Assembly (NCBI GenBank): GCA_963666975.2
Contig: CAXVYR010000004.1
Span: 192,001 to 256,000, forward strand
Source: Terriglobia bacterium
GTDB lineage: Bacteria > Acidobacteriota > Terriglobia > 2-12-FULL-54-10
Direction: 5' to 3'
DNA length: 64,000 nt
Shown: piece by piece, positions 30,391 to 40,766 of the stretch
Layout: every line of letters starts with the position of its first letter
Numbering within the stretch: the stretch's first letter is position 1
Notes under the pieces: model-generated
What the model was told of the DNA's origin: nothing
Database searches by the model: none
What the model saw: only the letters and a program-made list of their open reading frames with translations
Program-made: the position numbers and the translations under genes

Positions 30391-30636
30391 GTCTTTTTTG
30401 TGTTATCACAGCTATCCGGTTAAAAGTCGAACAAAGTCAACTGGCTGTGATCTACAACTAAATTGTCCTGGCAGTTCGATGCTTCCAACACCTGTAGAAT
30501 GGTAACCGGCCCCTGGTTTTTTGAGCCAGATGGAGAGTGCGTTTTGCGGAAAATCGAGGACTTGAGGGTGCTTCCGCCACTGCCTAGCTCGACGCTCTTG
30601 CATCCGGGACGGGTCCATATATGCCCCCCCCCCGAG

Positions 30637-31684
30637 CTACGATTGTAACCGGGGCATGACTTCTTCGGCCAGCAGCTCCAATTGGTCCTTATCGAAGCTG
30701 AGAGGATTCAGTATGATATGATCCATGCCACCCACTGCGGAGATGCGGTCCCGGATGTGGCTGCTGATTTCTTCTGCTGTTCCTAGCAGGTAGTGCTGCT
30801 GATTCCAAATTCATCCCGGAGAACCGTGAGAAGTAGTGCTGCTGCCAATATTCCAAATTCATCCCGGAGAACCGTGAGAAGTACGGCGCCGCCTTTTCCG
30901 GAGCTTCTCCTTTCTGAAGCACGTAGACGAAATTCGAGTAAGCGAGTTGGATATCCCTTGGGGCGTCGCGGCCGTACTCAGTGGCGTAGGTGCAGATCCG
31001 GTCCCAGTCTTCCCGCGCCCCTTCGGCGGTAACGGAAGAGTGTGGCACCCAGACATCAGCAAAACGGGCAATTCGGCGGAGCACTGGCCCCAGATCGGGT
31101 GTCTTTTGACCGTAGATGAGCTCAAAGGGCTGGCTGCCTCCCCCGATCCAGATCGGCGGGTGGGGTTTCTGCGTCGGCTTGGGTTCGATAGAAAGATTCT
31201 CGAAACGATAAAATTTTCCTTGATAGGTTACGTTATTCGCAGTCCAGAGTTCCTTTAGAATCTGGAGACACTCCGTTGTCCGCTTTCCCCTCTCCGTCCA
31301 GGGAACCTCCATCAGTTCGAATTCTTCTTGGTTCCATCCCACCCCAATGCCCATGATGAATCTCCCGCCACAGAGGAAGTCGAGTGTCGCGGTTTGTTTT
31401 GCCAGATACATGGGGTTCCGGATCGGCAGCACCATCACAAGAGGCCCGACGCGCATCTTCCGGGTCCTGCTGGCAATTGCCGTCAGCAGGACCATGGGCT
31501 CCAACCAGGTACATGCGTATGCAGGAGGCGTAATGACAAAGTGGTCAATGGTAAAGGCCGACTCAAAGCCGAGTTGTTCGGCGCGTTCCAAGTAGTTCAC
31601 GATTGTGTCTAGCCCGTCGGTCTCATCTCCCAGGACGAAGGTGGGAAGCCTCAGTCCGAAGCTGGTACCCTTTGCTTTCGCCAT
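30637..31684 (-). pseudogene. LLM-class (probably F420- or FMN-dependent) oxidoreductase, frameshifted near the C-terminus
   Basis: LLM motifs DHFV..WLEP, ATLDFLCGGRFIMGIGVGW..EF, PKPTQKPHPPIWIGG. A 43-bp imperfect duplication at 30790-30883 shifts the frame; the natural tail LLGTAEEISSHIRDRI..QLELLAEEVMPRLQS* ends at 30637 in another frame. Confidence 0.85.
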
Positions 31685-31806
31685 CGATTCTTCCTCCTTC
31701 ATTCGGAATCTCTTCCGCTCTCAATTCGCAGGAAATTCTGCCGCGATCTTCCCGATCCCGGACAGGAAAGACATCTTGCTGTGAGGTTCCGGCTTCTGGT
31801 CGGGAA

Positions 31807-32400
31807 TCATTTCAAGCCGTCCTCTTTCTTGGCCTCCTCCTTCTTCAGGCCACCGACCCGGGGATGCGGCCGGCCCGAGTTGGTGACGGCCAGAGCCACC
31901 AGGATTTCGTTCGCTTTCGGCGCGTCATGGACTCGGACCTCCATGGCGTCGAAGTGGGAGCGAACAAAGGCGGCGTCCTTGTAATTGAGGGGAATATCAA
32001 TCGAACTTCCCGGTCCTCCCAGTTTTTTGCTGGATGGAATCAGCGATTTGCCGCCGCCCACGGCTGAGCGAAAGGGACCGCCCAGCTTGGGATGCAGGAT
32101 GGCCGCCGCGTGCTCGTATTCCCCGTCCACTCCCACGATCGCCGCCTTGCCGTAGCTTTCCACTTCCCCCTTGCCGCCGGCGTCTCGGAGTGCACGGACG
32201 GCTTCCTCCCCCAGCAGACCACCCAACTCCTCCCCGATCTCCGTGAGAGGGGACAAGTCCTCGATGAACTGTCCAGCAAAAGGATTGGTGATCACGGCTA
32301 TGGCCGCGACCTTCGTGACGGGTTTGCCCTCGACTTGGCGGCCGCCGTCGGCGAGAATCTCTTCCACGACGATGACCTTTTTTCGAATCTTCGACTTCAT
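31807..32400 (-). CDS. Amino acid synthesis family protein (AA_synth/DUF1185)
   Basis: AAIAVITNPFAG, VESYGKAAIVGVDGEYEHAAA, IDIPL..VRSHFDAMEV..DAPKANEI..GRPHPR. Confidence 0.88.
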   Translation of the reverse strand: MKSKIRKKVIVVEEILADGGRQVEGKPVTKVAAIAVITNPFAGQFIEDLSPLTEIGEELGGLLGEEAVRALRDAGGKGEVESYGKAAIVGVDGEYEHAAAILHPKLGGPFRSAVGGGKSLIPSSKKLGGPGSSIDIPLNYKDAAFVRSHFDAMEVRVHDAPKANEILVALAVTNSGRPHPRVGGLKKEEAKKEDGLK

Positions 32401-32645
32401 GGTTGTACCCTCCGCGGACAGCGCTCATTGGAGGCCGATTTGGTGACGGTCGCCTAGCCCGACCAGTCTTTCGATCTATGTTCTCGGAACCACAACCTGG
32501 GGAGGAGCCTCGCGCAGCAGCATACACTACTCCAGGCGAGTATGGAAAAGTAAGAGCTGTTTCCATTTTCAGGAAGCCTGGAAACGATTCTCGCAGGTAA
32601 GAAGCAGCAATCGACGCGGTGCTCGTGCCTGGACGCCTCCCAGGT

Positions 32646-33812
32646 TTACTGGCCTGCCACTTTGGCCATGCGCCGGGCCGGCGGAGTATTGCGGCTTCGC
32701 TGCGCGCGAACGGCGCCGTCGATCATGACCAGCGAAATTCCGGGGATATCCCCCAGTTCGATTGCCTGCAAAGCTGTCTCGGCCATTGAACCTTGCGGGG
32801 CGTCCATCACGATCAGGTCCGCATCGCCCCCCTCTTGAAGGATCCCGCACGAGAGCCCGTGAACGCGTCTCGTGTTACCCGTGGCAAATGCGACACACTG
32901 CTCGGCGGGAATTCCTCCAAAGCAAGCTAGAAAATTCAGAGTGCGCAGGATGCCAAGGGGAATTACGCCGGAGCCCGACGGCGCGTCATTGCCTACGATC
33001 ACACGGGCCAGCGCCCCGTGCTCTCCGGCTGCGCGAATGGTATCCAGAGCGCGGTGAAAGTTGCCGCACTGGACGATCTCCAGCATGAAATCGCTTTCTT
33101 GAACCAGCCGCTCGACGTCCTCCTTGGGAATCGCGGTCGGTCCCCCATTGATGTGCCCGACGATATCGGGACGGATGCGGAACACCTCGTCGGCGCCGTA
33201 TCGTGTGCTGCCGGGAATGGAGGGTCCCCCGGTGTGGATGGTCACTCGCATATTGTATTTTTTGGCCCAGCGCACCATCTCCGCGGCCTCTTCCGGATCC
33301 TTCACCGTGCCCAACCCCACCTCTCCCACCAAGTGGACTCCCTCGGCAGCGAGTTCCTGAAAATCATGTTCTTGGAGGCCTTTCTCTAGCATAACCGCGC
33401 CAGCATGGACTTTCACTCCTGCGGGTCTCAAATTGGAAAAGGATTTGTGCGCCACCAGGGCCAGGGCTTTGGCGCCGGAAGGATCTCGGGGCCGGCCCGG
33501 GTAATGTACTTCTCCGGCGGAGATCATGGCGGTGACGCCGCCCTGGAGCGCGCTGTCGATGAAGTCGAGCGTTCGCTGTCGCGGCGTGAAATCTCCCGCC
33601 ACGGGATGCACATGAGAATCGATCAAGCCGGGGGTGACCGTGGTCCCAGCGGCGTCGATGATCAGCGGGTCGCTGCGGGAAGACAGCTTACTTTCCGGTC
33701 CGATCTTGGCGATCTTTCCCTCCTCAATCAGAATAGCATCGGCATCCAATAGGGGCTTGGCGAGATCGCCTGAAACGAGGACTCCAATGTTTCGTAGGAT
33801 AATGGATTTCAT
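32646..33812 (-). CDS. ena: Enamidase (nicotinate-pathway THON hydrolase homolog)
   Basis: IDSHVHPVAGDFTPRQ, GVTAMISAGEVHYPGRP, AGVKVHAGAV, GEVGLG, HTGGPSIPGS, HINGGPTA, GNDAPSGSGVIPLGILR, SRNTPPA; these recall the Eubacterium barkeri enamidase family. Confidence 0.88.
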   Translation of the reverse strand: MKSIILRNIGVLVSGDLAKPLLDADAILIEEGKIAKIGPESKLSSRSDPLIIDAAGTTVTPGLIDSHVHPVAGDFTPRQRTLDFIDSALQGGVTAMISAGEVHYPGRPRDPSGAKALALVAHKSFSNLRPAGVKVHAGAVMLEKGLQEHDFQELAAEGVHLVGEVGLGTVKDPEEAAEMVRWAKKYNMRVTIHTGGPSIPGSTRYGADEVFRIRPDIVGHINGGPTAIPKEDVERLVQESDFMLEIVQCGNFHRALDTIRAAGEHGALARVIVGNDAPSGSGVIPLGILRTLNFLACFGGIPAEQCVAFATGNTRRVHGLSCGILQEGGDADLIVMDAPQGSMAETALQAIELGDIPGISLVMIDGAVRAQRSRNTPPARRMAKVAGQ

Positions 33813-33870
33813 GGATTTCTCATTATAGAAAGCATTCAGAAGTCTTCGGAAAGTTCATCGCAATCGACCC

Positions 33871-33897
33871 AGAGATAAAAGAGATAAAAGAGATAAA
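33871..33897. repeat. Tandem 9-bp repeat (AGAGATAAA)x3 between the ALDH gene and ena
   Basis: Directly visible in the sequence. Confidence 0.8.
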
Positions 33898-33902
33898 GGG
33901 GT

Positions 33903-35366
33903 TCAGCGCTCCAGTGGAGTGTGCCATGTGCTGACGATGACCTTCTTATCTGTATAGAATGACACCGCATCATTGGCTCGTCCGCGAAGGGAGCCGAAAA
34001 ACGAGAGTTTCCGGCCCCCCACCGGGTAGAAAGCGATCGGCGCGGGGGTCCCCACGTTAACTCCGACCTGCCCTGTATTAACCCGGCGGGCGAACTCCCG
34101 GGCCAGAGAGCCATTCTCTGTATAGATCACCGCGGTATGGCCGTAAGAGCTTCGGTTGATGATGGAGATGGCTTCCGACAGATCTCTCACCTTCTTCAGG
34201 CACCGAACCGGCCCGAACAGCTCCTGATCGAACACCTTCATCCCGGGCTCGGCCTCGAGGAGGGTAGGGCCCAAGAAGTATCCCTTGGGGTACTTTGGCA
34301 CTTTCGGGTTCCGGCCATCCAGAACCATTTTCGCGCCTTCCTTGAGCGCGTCGTCGATCTCGGCATGAAACCTATCCAGGGAAGCGCGCGAGATCACCGG
34401 GCCCATATTGACTTCCTTGTCCACGCCGTAACCGAGGACAAACTCCTTGGTTGCGGCCACGAGCCGCTCTTTTAGTTGCTCATAGATGCTAGCAACCATG
34501 AGGAGGTTCGACCCGGCAAAACAACGCTGCGAACTGGCGCCAAAGCAGGAGTTGACGAGATTCGGCATGCACTCGTCCAGCCGGGCACTGTCGGTGACCA
34601 CCAGGTGGTTCTTGGCCCCTCCCTGGCACTGGGCCCTCTTGCCCTGGAGTGAGGCAGCTTTGAAGACCTCTTCGGCCACGCGGGATGAGCCGACAAAGCT
34701 GATGCCAACCATGTCGGGGTGGGTCGCCAAACGTTGCACCGCGTCTGCCCCGCCCAGCACGACGTTCAATACCCCGCGGGGAAAGCCGCATTCCTGAGCC
34801 ATCTCCGCAATCCGTATCATCGTCAGCGGGCAGATCTCGCTGGGCTTGACGATCACCGGGTTTCCGCAAGCCACCGCCCAGGAAAAATAGAGCGGGATCA
34901 TAGCCGGAAAGTTAAACGGCGCGACAATGGCGAATGGACCGAGCGGCTCGTGGATATAGCAAGTGTCCACCCCCGTACCCACATCTTCGGAAATGGAACC
35001 CTTCAGAAGTTCCGGGGCCGCACATGCATGTTCCACATACTCCAGTGCGCGGGCTATCTCTCCTTGGGCGTCTGGATAGTTCTTTCCGTTCTCGTCAATG
35101 ATAATCCGTGTCAACTCTTCCCGGGACTGATCCAGCTTGTGGCGAAGCCGGAACAGAAGGTCCGCCCGCTTCGTGCTAGGCGTAGTCCGCCAACCCCAGA
35201 AGGCTTCCTGGGCCGCAGCGACAGCGGCGTCCACCTCCTCCATCTTCGACATGGGGCACAAGGCGATCACCTCGTCCAGACTCGGATTCCTCACCTCGCT
35301 CCAATCTGTCGCCTTCGACTCGACCCATACACCGTTGATCAGATTGCAGAGTTTTCGTGCTTTCAT
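33903..35366 (-). CDS. mmsA: CoA-acylating methylmalonate-semialdehyde dehydrogenase-like ALDH
   Basis: APFNFPAMIP, KPSE, ISFVGSS, QCQGGAKNH, ASSQRCFA (catalytic Cys), ELFGPV, GQVGVNVGTPAP. Confidence 0.8.
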   Translation of the reverse strand: MKARKLCNLINGVWVESKATDWSEVRNPSLDEVIALCPMSKMEEVDAAVAAAQEAFWGWRTTPSTKRADLLFRLRHKLDQSREELTRIIIDENGKNYPDAQGEIARALEYVEHACAAPELLKGSISEDVGTGVDTCYIHEPLGPFAIVAPFNFPAMIPLYFSWAVACGNPVIVKPSEICPLTMIRIAEMAQECGFPRGVLNVVLGGADAVQRLATHPDMVGISFVGSSRVAEEVFKAASLQGKRAQCQGGAKNHLVVTDSARLDECMPNLVNSCFGASSQRCFAGSNLLMVASIYEQLKERLVAATKEFVLGYGVDKEVNMGPVISRASLDRFHAEIDDALKEGAKMVLDGRNPKVPKYPKGYFLGPTLLEAEPGMKVFDQELFGPVRCLKKVRDLSEAISIINRSSYGHTAVIYTENGSLAREFARRVNTGQVGVNVGTPAPIAFYPVGGRKLSFFGSLRGRANDAVSFYTDKKVIVSTWHTPLER

Positions 35367-36031
35367 AGGAATGCTTTCCTCTTAGCGGCCACTCTGGTGC
35401 ACGCCTTAGCAGCCAGCAGTTCTAAGGATCTTGCCTGCGAGGTGGACCGCCGCCACCGGTTCGCGCCAGATCCAGTTTGGGTTGAAGCTCCGATTGTGGC
35501 GGCATGGGAGACGAGGAAGATATGGATCTGCATTTAGGAGCCGGGCAAGTATCGATCCTCCGTCGTGGAATGTTTCCTCGAGGATGCAGAAGAATTTGCT
35601 GATCTGATTGGCCGCTTCGTTATAGTGTCCCCCCCGTGGCGCAGCGAGGAATCCTGAGGATGTTTTGAAACTTCGATACCCGCTGATTTTTACAGTGCGC
35701 GTGTTCGGCGCGAGGCAGATTATGACTTTGCGCGGCCCCGGTTGTCAACGACCAAGTCGGCTCCGCGATGCACGCCCTCCGGGGTGCTCTGCCGCGATTG
35801 CATCCAGAGAACCAAGCGCGATGCACAAAAACAAACTTTACTTTCACGTGCCTTGGCGCTATCTTGCCGGAATGGCTTACCGCTTCCCGAAAGGCTGTTT
35901 CCTGAAGGTGCCAGCGGCCCTTGGCGAATCTCAATCCGGCTGGTACTCAGCGCGGGAAATGCTCGCAAACAGAAGGCGCTCAACCCGAACCAGACCATGG
36001 GTATTCTGCCTCAAGATTCTCCGGAGAAAAT

Positions 36032-38419
36032 ATGCCCATGGCTGAGCGCTATGTTGGATGCCCCATCAGAAGGCTTGAGGATACGAGGTATCTGCTGGGA
36101 TGTGGCCAGTTTATCGACGATCTTCGACTTCCGGGCATGGTGTGCGCGCATTTTCTCCGAAGCCCGCACGCGCACGCTCGCATCCTAAGGATCGACTCCA
36201 AACAAGCTCTGAAGGCCCCTGGAGTGCTGGGCGTATGGACGGGCCAGGAAATCGGTTCGAAAGTGAAGCCGCTGCGGCCACACGTGGAATCCAAGGGTTA
36301 TCGGGCCTCTGACTGGCATCCTTTGGCTAAAGGCAAGGTGCGCTACGTGGGGGAGGCCGTTGCTGTCGTCGTTGCCACGGATCGTTATCGGGCGGAGGAC
36401 GCCGCCGAATCCGTCTCCGTGGAATACTTTCCTCTGATTCCGGTGCCGGATGTCGATACCAGCTTGAATGCCAAGGACAACGCGATCCATGAGGAACTGG
36501 AGAGCAATATTCTTTTCGAGTTCGAGCACGCGGGCGGCGATGTGGACAAAGCGTTTGAAAAGGCCGACGTCAAAATCAGCAGGTCCTTCAAACACCCTCG
36601 GTGCACCGGACTGGCGATCGAAAACCGGGGCGTCGTGGCGCAATACGACGCATCCAAGCAAGTCCTGACCGTCTGGTCCTCCACCCAGGCGCCCGATCTG
36701 CTGCGCAAGACGGTGGCCGAATGCCTGGGACATCCCGAGCACAGGGTGCGCGTCATCGCCCCCGATGTCGGGGGCGGCTTCGGAATAAAAATGCACGTGT
36801 TTCCCGAAGAATTGATCGTGTCTCACCTGGCTCGCGAGCTTCGGCAACCGGTCAAGTGGATCGAGGATCGGCGCGAGAATCTCATGGCCAGCATGCACGC
36901 CCGGGACCACGTTTTGCATGCGGAAATCGCCGCCCGCAACGATGGCACGATACTCGCTCTCAAAGTGCAGGATTTTTGTGATGTCGGGGCCTACTCAGCC
37001 TACCCGGTCACGGCTGCTCTGGAACCGCTCAGTTGTGCCAGCGTTATGCCCGGACCCTACAAGATCGGCAATTACTATTTCCGGAGCATGGCGGTGGCCA
37101 CGAACAAATGTCCGGTAGGGGCCTACCGGGGTGTTGGATTTGCGCTGAGTCCTTTCGTCACCGAAGCGCTGATGGATTTGGTCGCGCGGGAAGTCCGGAT
37201 AGATCCTGCGGAAATCCGGCGCCGAAATTTCATCCCACCGGAGGAGTTTCCGTTCACCGCCGCCAGCGGCACTATTTATGACAGCGGAAATTACCGTCCC
37301 AGCTTGGAACAGGCTCTGAAATTGGCCGATTACGAAGGAGTGAGAAGCAGCCAGCAACAGCTACGGGGACAAAATCGCTACGTAGGACTCGGCCTCTCCA
37401 GTTTCATTGAACCGACCGGAATGGGACGAAAAGTTTACAGGCGGCGGGGGATGGTGGAGGTTCCGGCTTTCGATTCGGCCACCATCAAGGTGGATTCGTC
37501 GGGAACAGTGCGGGCCTACTTGAGCACCCCGTCCCAGGGTCAAGGCCAGGAGACGACCTTTGCCCAGCTGCTCGCAGAGGAATTGGGGTTCCGGATGGAG
37601 GACATTGCCGTCTTCCTCGGGGATACGGAGACATGTCCTGCCGGAAACGGCACGTTTGCCAGCCGCAGTATTGTCAGTGCAGGGAGCGCGTTGGTGCTGG
37701 TGGCGAGGCAGATTCGGCAGAAGCTGCTGGCCGCCGCAGCCCACCTGCTGCAGGTCCCGGCCGGCGAACTGGAGATCCAGGAGGGGCGGGTTTTCGCGAA
37801 GGCCCGCCCCGATGAGGGCCTCTCCATCCGGGAGTTGGCTCAGGAGTTCCATTCTCCTTTGCATGAATTTCCTGAAGAACTAAGCCCAGGCCTGGAAGCC
37901 ACTCAGTCGTTTTCCTTGACGGGAGCGGCGGTTTCCAGCGGCACCCACGTGGCGATCGTGGAAGTGGATATCGAGACGGGGATCGTCAATATATTGCGGT
38001 ATGTCGCGGTGGAGGATTGCGGCAAGATCATCAATCCAACCATCGTCGATGGCCAGATCCGGGGGGGAGTGGCCCAAGGGGTCGGCTCCGCGCTGTACGA
38101 AGAACTCGTGTATGACGACCAGGGTCAGCTTCTGACCGCCACGCTGATGGACTACCTGGTTCCCGGTTCCACCGAAGTGCCCTCGGTGGAGATTCGCCAC
38201 CTCGAGACCCTTTCTCCGCTGACCCCGAACGGCAGCAAAGGCGTAGGAGAAAGCGGCATCATAGCTTCTCCCGCCGCCATCAACAATGCCATTGCCGATG
38301 CGTTGACTCCTTTCGGCATATCCTTCACGAAATTGCCGGTCTCGCCCCAGAACATCCTGGACGCTCTCCGAGAAAACTCCAAAGTTCGGGCGGGAATAAA
38401 TAAGGAGGGACAGGAATGA
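36032..38419 (+). CDS. Xanthine dehydrogenase/CoxL-family molybdopterin-binding large subunit
   Basis: FLRSPHAHARI, PDVGGGFGIK, AYRGVG (not the CO-dehydrogenase AYxCSFR motif), SQGQGQET, GTFASRS, DCGKIINP, GSKGVGESG. Start uncertain (36032 or 36038). Confidence 0.92.
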   Translation: MPMAERYVGCPIRRLEDTRYLLGCGQFIDDLRLPGMVCAHFLRSPHAHARILRIDSKQALKAPGVLGVWTGQEIGSKVKPLRPHVESKGYRASDWHPLAKGKVRYVGEAVAVVVATDRYRAEDAAESVSVEYFPLIPVPDVDTSLNAKDNAIHEELESNILFEFEHAGGDVDKAFEKADVKISRSFKHPRCTGLAIENRGVVAQYDASKQVLTVWSSTQAPDLLRKTVAECLGHPEHRVRVIAPDVGGGFGIKMHVFPEELIVSHLARELRQPVKWIEDRRENLMASMHARDHVLHAEIAARNDGTILALKVQDFCDVGAYSAYPVTAALEPLSCASVMPGPYKIGNYYFRSMAVATNKCPVGAYRGVGFALSPFVTEALMDLVAREVRIDPAEIRRRNFIPPEEFPFTAASGTIYDSGNYRPSLEQALKLADYEGVRSSQQQLRGQNRYVGLGLSSFIEPTGMGRKVYRRRGMVEVPAFDSATIKVDSSGTVRAYLSTPSQGQGQETTFAQLLAEELGFRMEDIAVFLGDTETCPAGNGTFASRSIVSAGSALVLVARQIRQKLLAAAAHLLQVPAGELEIQEGRVFAKARPDEGLSIRELAQEFHSPLHEFPEELSPGLEATQSFSLTGAAVSSGTHVAIVEVDIETGIVNILRYVAVEDCGKIINPTIVDGQIRGGVAQGVGSALYEELVYDDQGQLLTATLMDYLVPGSTEVPSVEIRHLETLSPLTPNGSKGVGESGIIASPAAINNAIADALTPFGISFTKLPVSPQNILDALRENSKVRAGINKEGQE

Positions 38420-38868
38420 ATCTCAAAGGGACGCACCGGATGAAGGCCAAGCGAGAGCGTGTCTGGGTGTTCTTAAATGACCCCGAGGTTCTTCGGCAGT
38501 GCAGCCCCGGTTGCCAGCAGATGACCCCGGCGGCGGATGGTTCTAATGATTCCTACGATGTCCTGATGGAAGTGGGCATTGGTGCCGTGAAAGGACGCTA
38601 TACCGGAAAGATCCAGATTACCGACCGAATTCCGGGTACTCAGTACAAGCTGGCAGTGACAGGCAACGGAAGTGCCGGGTTTCTGAGCGCTGAGGGCGTC
38701 ATTCGACTGGAAGAAGTGGGAGAGGAAACACTGATCGAGTACTCCGGCCAGGCTCAAGTGGGGGGTCTGATTGCTGGAGTAGGCCAGCGCATTATGGCCG
38801 GTGTGGCCAAGCAGATGGTAGGGCAGTTCTTCCAATGCTTGGAGAAGGCTGTGCTCAAGCCTCAGTGA
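38416..38868 (+). CDS. coxG: CoxG/SRPBCC family accessory protein
   Basis: VWVFLNDPEVLRQCSPGC, VGIGAVKGRYTG, AQVGGLIAGVGQR; 4-bp ATGA overlap with the large subunit. Confidence 0.88.
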   Translation: MNLKGTHRMKAKRERVWVFLNDPEVLRQCSPGCQQMTPAADGSNDSYDVLMEVGIGAVKGRYTGKIQITDRIPGTQYKLAVTGNGSAGFLSAEGVIRLEEVGEETLIEYSGQAQVGGLIAGVGQRIMAGVAKQMVGQFFQCLEKAVLKPQ

Positions 38869-38988
38869 GAAGGCGGCATCAGGCCTGGGGCGGGACGTGA
38901 ACTGGCTGAAGCTGGCACGGTAGCTCTGGGGAGCGTGCGGTCCTGCCGAAAAGGAGTCCAACACCGACTCGCTAGGATATTTGAACAT

Positions 38989-39182
38989 TATACCGTTTTT
39001 GCAATTGGTGTAGACTGCTCCGCCATCGGGACCAGACCTCTTCATTTTGCTGTCATCCCGAGCGGAGCGAGGGATCTGCTTTTGTACGTGTGGATGAATC
39101 CGTTCCCGGCGGAAAAGCAGATTCCTCGCTCCGCTCGGAATGACATCGCGTTGTGGTTTACACCAATTGTGAAAACGCTCTA
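38989..39182. repeat. TA-flanked MITE-like element containing a long REP hairpin
   Basis: Outer inverted repeat CGTTTTTGCAATTGGTGTAGAC / GTTTACACCAATTGTGAAAACG; inner 33-bp inverted repeat TGTCATCCCGAGCGGAGCGAGGGATCTGCTTTT (39051-39083) / AAAAGCAGATTCCTCGCTCCGCTCGGAATGACA (39113-39145). Confidence 0.85.
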
Positions 39183-39941
39183 GAATGTAACCTGCCGTCT
39201 CCATCGCGTGACCCAGGAATCGATAGCTCCGAAGATCCCGATCTCAATGACGATCAGGACGACGGCAAAGATCAGGGTCCAGGAGAAGACCCCTGCCAAG
39301 TCGAATAAGCTGCCTGCGTGCTTGATTTGAAAGCCGACGCCGGTCTCGCGCGTCAGGAACTCGGCCGTGGCAGTGATCTTCCATGCCAGACCGAGCCCGT
39401 AACGCGATCCCGCCAGGAGGTGAGGGATCAGATGCGGAAGGACGATTTGGCGCACGACTTCGTGACGGGGAATCTGGAAGACGTTGGCCATCCGCAACAG
39501 GTCCCGATCCAGGGCCTGTGTCCCTTTCCAAATATCAAGGGTCAAGAAGGGAATCACGACCAAGGCCACAGGGACATAGACGGCCATCTCCGATAGACGG
39601 AAGAACATGACCCCGAGGAATGCCCAGGACATTCCGGGGATGGTCAACCCCACCAGGACCCATACGCCGAAGGAGTTCTCGACCTCCTTTACGAAGCCCA
39701 TTCCGAGTCCGAGGGGAACACTGATCAGGACGGCCAAGAGAAACCCCACAAAAGTCCGTTGCAGCGAGAACAGCAGATGGTAAAGCGCGTTGCCGGTAGA
39801 TAAATTCTGGTAAGTAAGCTGAAGCACCTCTAGAGGCCGGGGGAAAAAGGCTGGAGGAAAAAACAGGGAGGCCAAATACCAGACTAAAAAGAATAGCCCG
39901 AGCGAGGCAATTTGCACCGGGGAAAACCGCAGCTGTTTCAT
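39180..39941 (-). CDS. NitT/TauT-family ABC transporter permease
   Basis: Multiple TM segments; EAA-like loop LLRMANVF..IVLPHLIP; GLAWKITATAEF. Confidence 0.9.
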   Translation of the reverse strand: MKQLRFSPVQIASLGLFFLVWYLASLFFPPAFFPRPLEVLQLTYQNLSTGNALYHLLFSLQRTFVGFLLAVLISVPLGLGMGFVKEVENSFGVWVLVGLTIPGMSWAFLGVMFFRLSEMAVYVPVALVVIPFLTLDIWKGTQALDRDLLRMANVFQIPRHEVVRQIVLPHLIPHLLAGSRYGLGLAWKITATAEFLTRETGVGFQIKHAGSLFDLAGVFSWTLIFAVVLIVIEIGIFGAIDSWVTRWRRQVTF

Positions 39942-39983
39942 CGTGGATCTTTCTGCTGCAAGCCGCTCATAGTTCCAGGTTTC

Positions 39984-40754
39984 TTAATCAGGAAGGTTCT
40001 CCCACTGTGACAGAGCCAGCGTCATGACGTGGTGCTCAAGCTTATAGATGCTTTCGGCCCTGTAATCTCGAGGCCTTGGGATATCGACTTGCACTACTTC
40101 AAAGACTCGTCCCGGGGAGGATGTCATCAACAGAATTCGCTCCGAGAGAAAGACGGCTTCGCTGATGTCATGGGTGACAAAGATGATGGTTTTTCCTGTC
40201 TTCTCCCAGATGGTCAGCAGTTCTGCCCGCATCCGCCGGGAGGTCATCTCATCCAGGGTGCTGAACGGCTCGTCCATCAGGACGTAATCCGGATTGACGG
40301 CCAGCGCCCGCGCAATCCCAATCCGATGCCTCTGGCCGCCGGAGAGGGTCAACGGCCAAGCCTTTTCGCATTCTTCCAGCCCCACCATTTTCAAATGACG
40401 TCGGACCACTTCGGTCTGCTGGTGTCGGGACTGGTTGTCCCGGAGATTCTTACCGAGCAACCCCAGACGCACGTTTTCCCCCACCGTCCGCCAGGGAAGA
40501 ATTCGCGGTTCCTGAAACACGTAGCCGACCTTGACAGTGGAAAGGGCCTGGAAGAGATCTTTACCACCCACCTCCACTCGTCCGGTAGTCGGTGCGAGAA
40601 CTCCGCCCAGGATGTTCAGCAGAGTAGACTTACCACAACCGGAAGGCCCGAGGATGGAGAGGAACTCTCCCTGGCGAACCTCCAGATCCGTCTGGTCCAG
40701 GGCCACCTTCTCACCGTATCGCTTGCTTACACCGCTGATTCGAATATAGGCCAT
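39984..40754 (-). CDS. NitT/TauT-family ABC transporter ATP-binding protein
   Basis: Walker A GPSGCGKS, LSGGQ, LMDEPF, VTHD. Confidence 0.95.
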   Translation of the reverse strand: MAYIRISGVSKRYGEKVALDQTDLEVRQGEFLSILGPSGCGKSTLLNILGGVLAPTTGRVEVGGKDLFQALSTVKVGYVFQEPRILPWRTVGENVRLGLLGKNLRDNQSRHQQTEVVRRHLKMVGLEECEKAWPLTLSGGQRHRIGIARALAVNPDYVLMDEPFSTLDEMTSRRMRAELLTIWEKTGKTIIFVTHDISEAVFLSERILLMTSSPGRVFEVVQVDIPRPRDYRAESIYKLEHHVMTLALSQWENLPD

Positions 40755-40766
40755 AGGGTTTGCGTC

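Noticed and set aside
35367-36031. ORFs between the ALDH gene and the Mo subunit (35620-35934, 35665-36045, 35720-35998)
   Set aside because: No RBS, motif or CoxS/CoxM similarity visible; treated as a divergent promoter region.
36032-38419. Aerobic CO dehydrogenase call
   Set aside because: Lacks the AYxCSFR motif, and coxM, coxS and coxDEF are absent.
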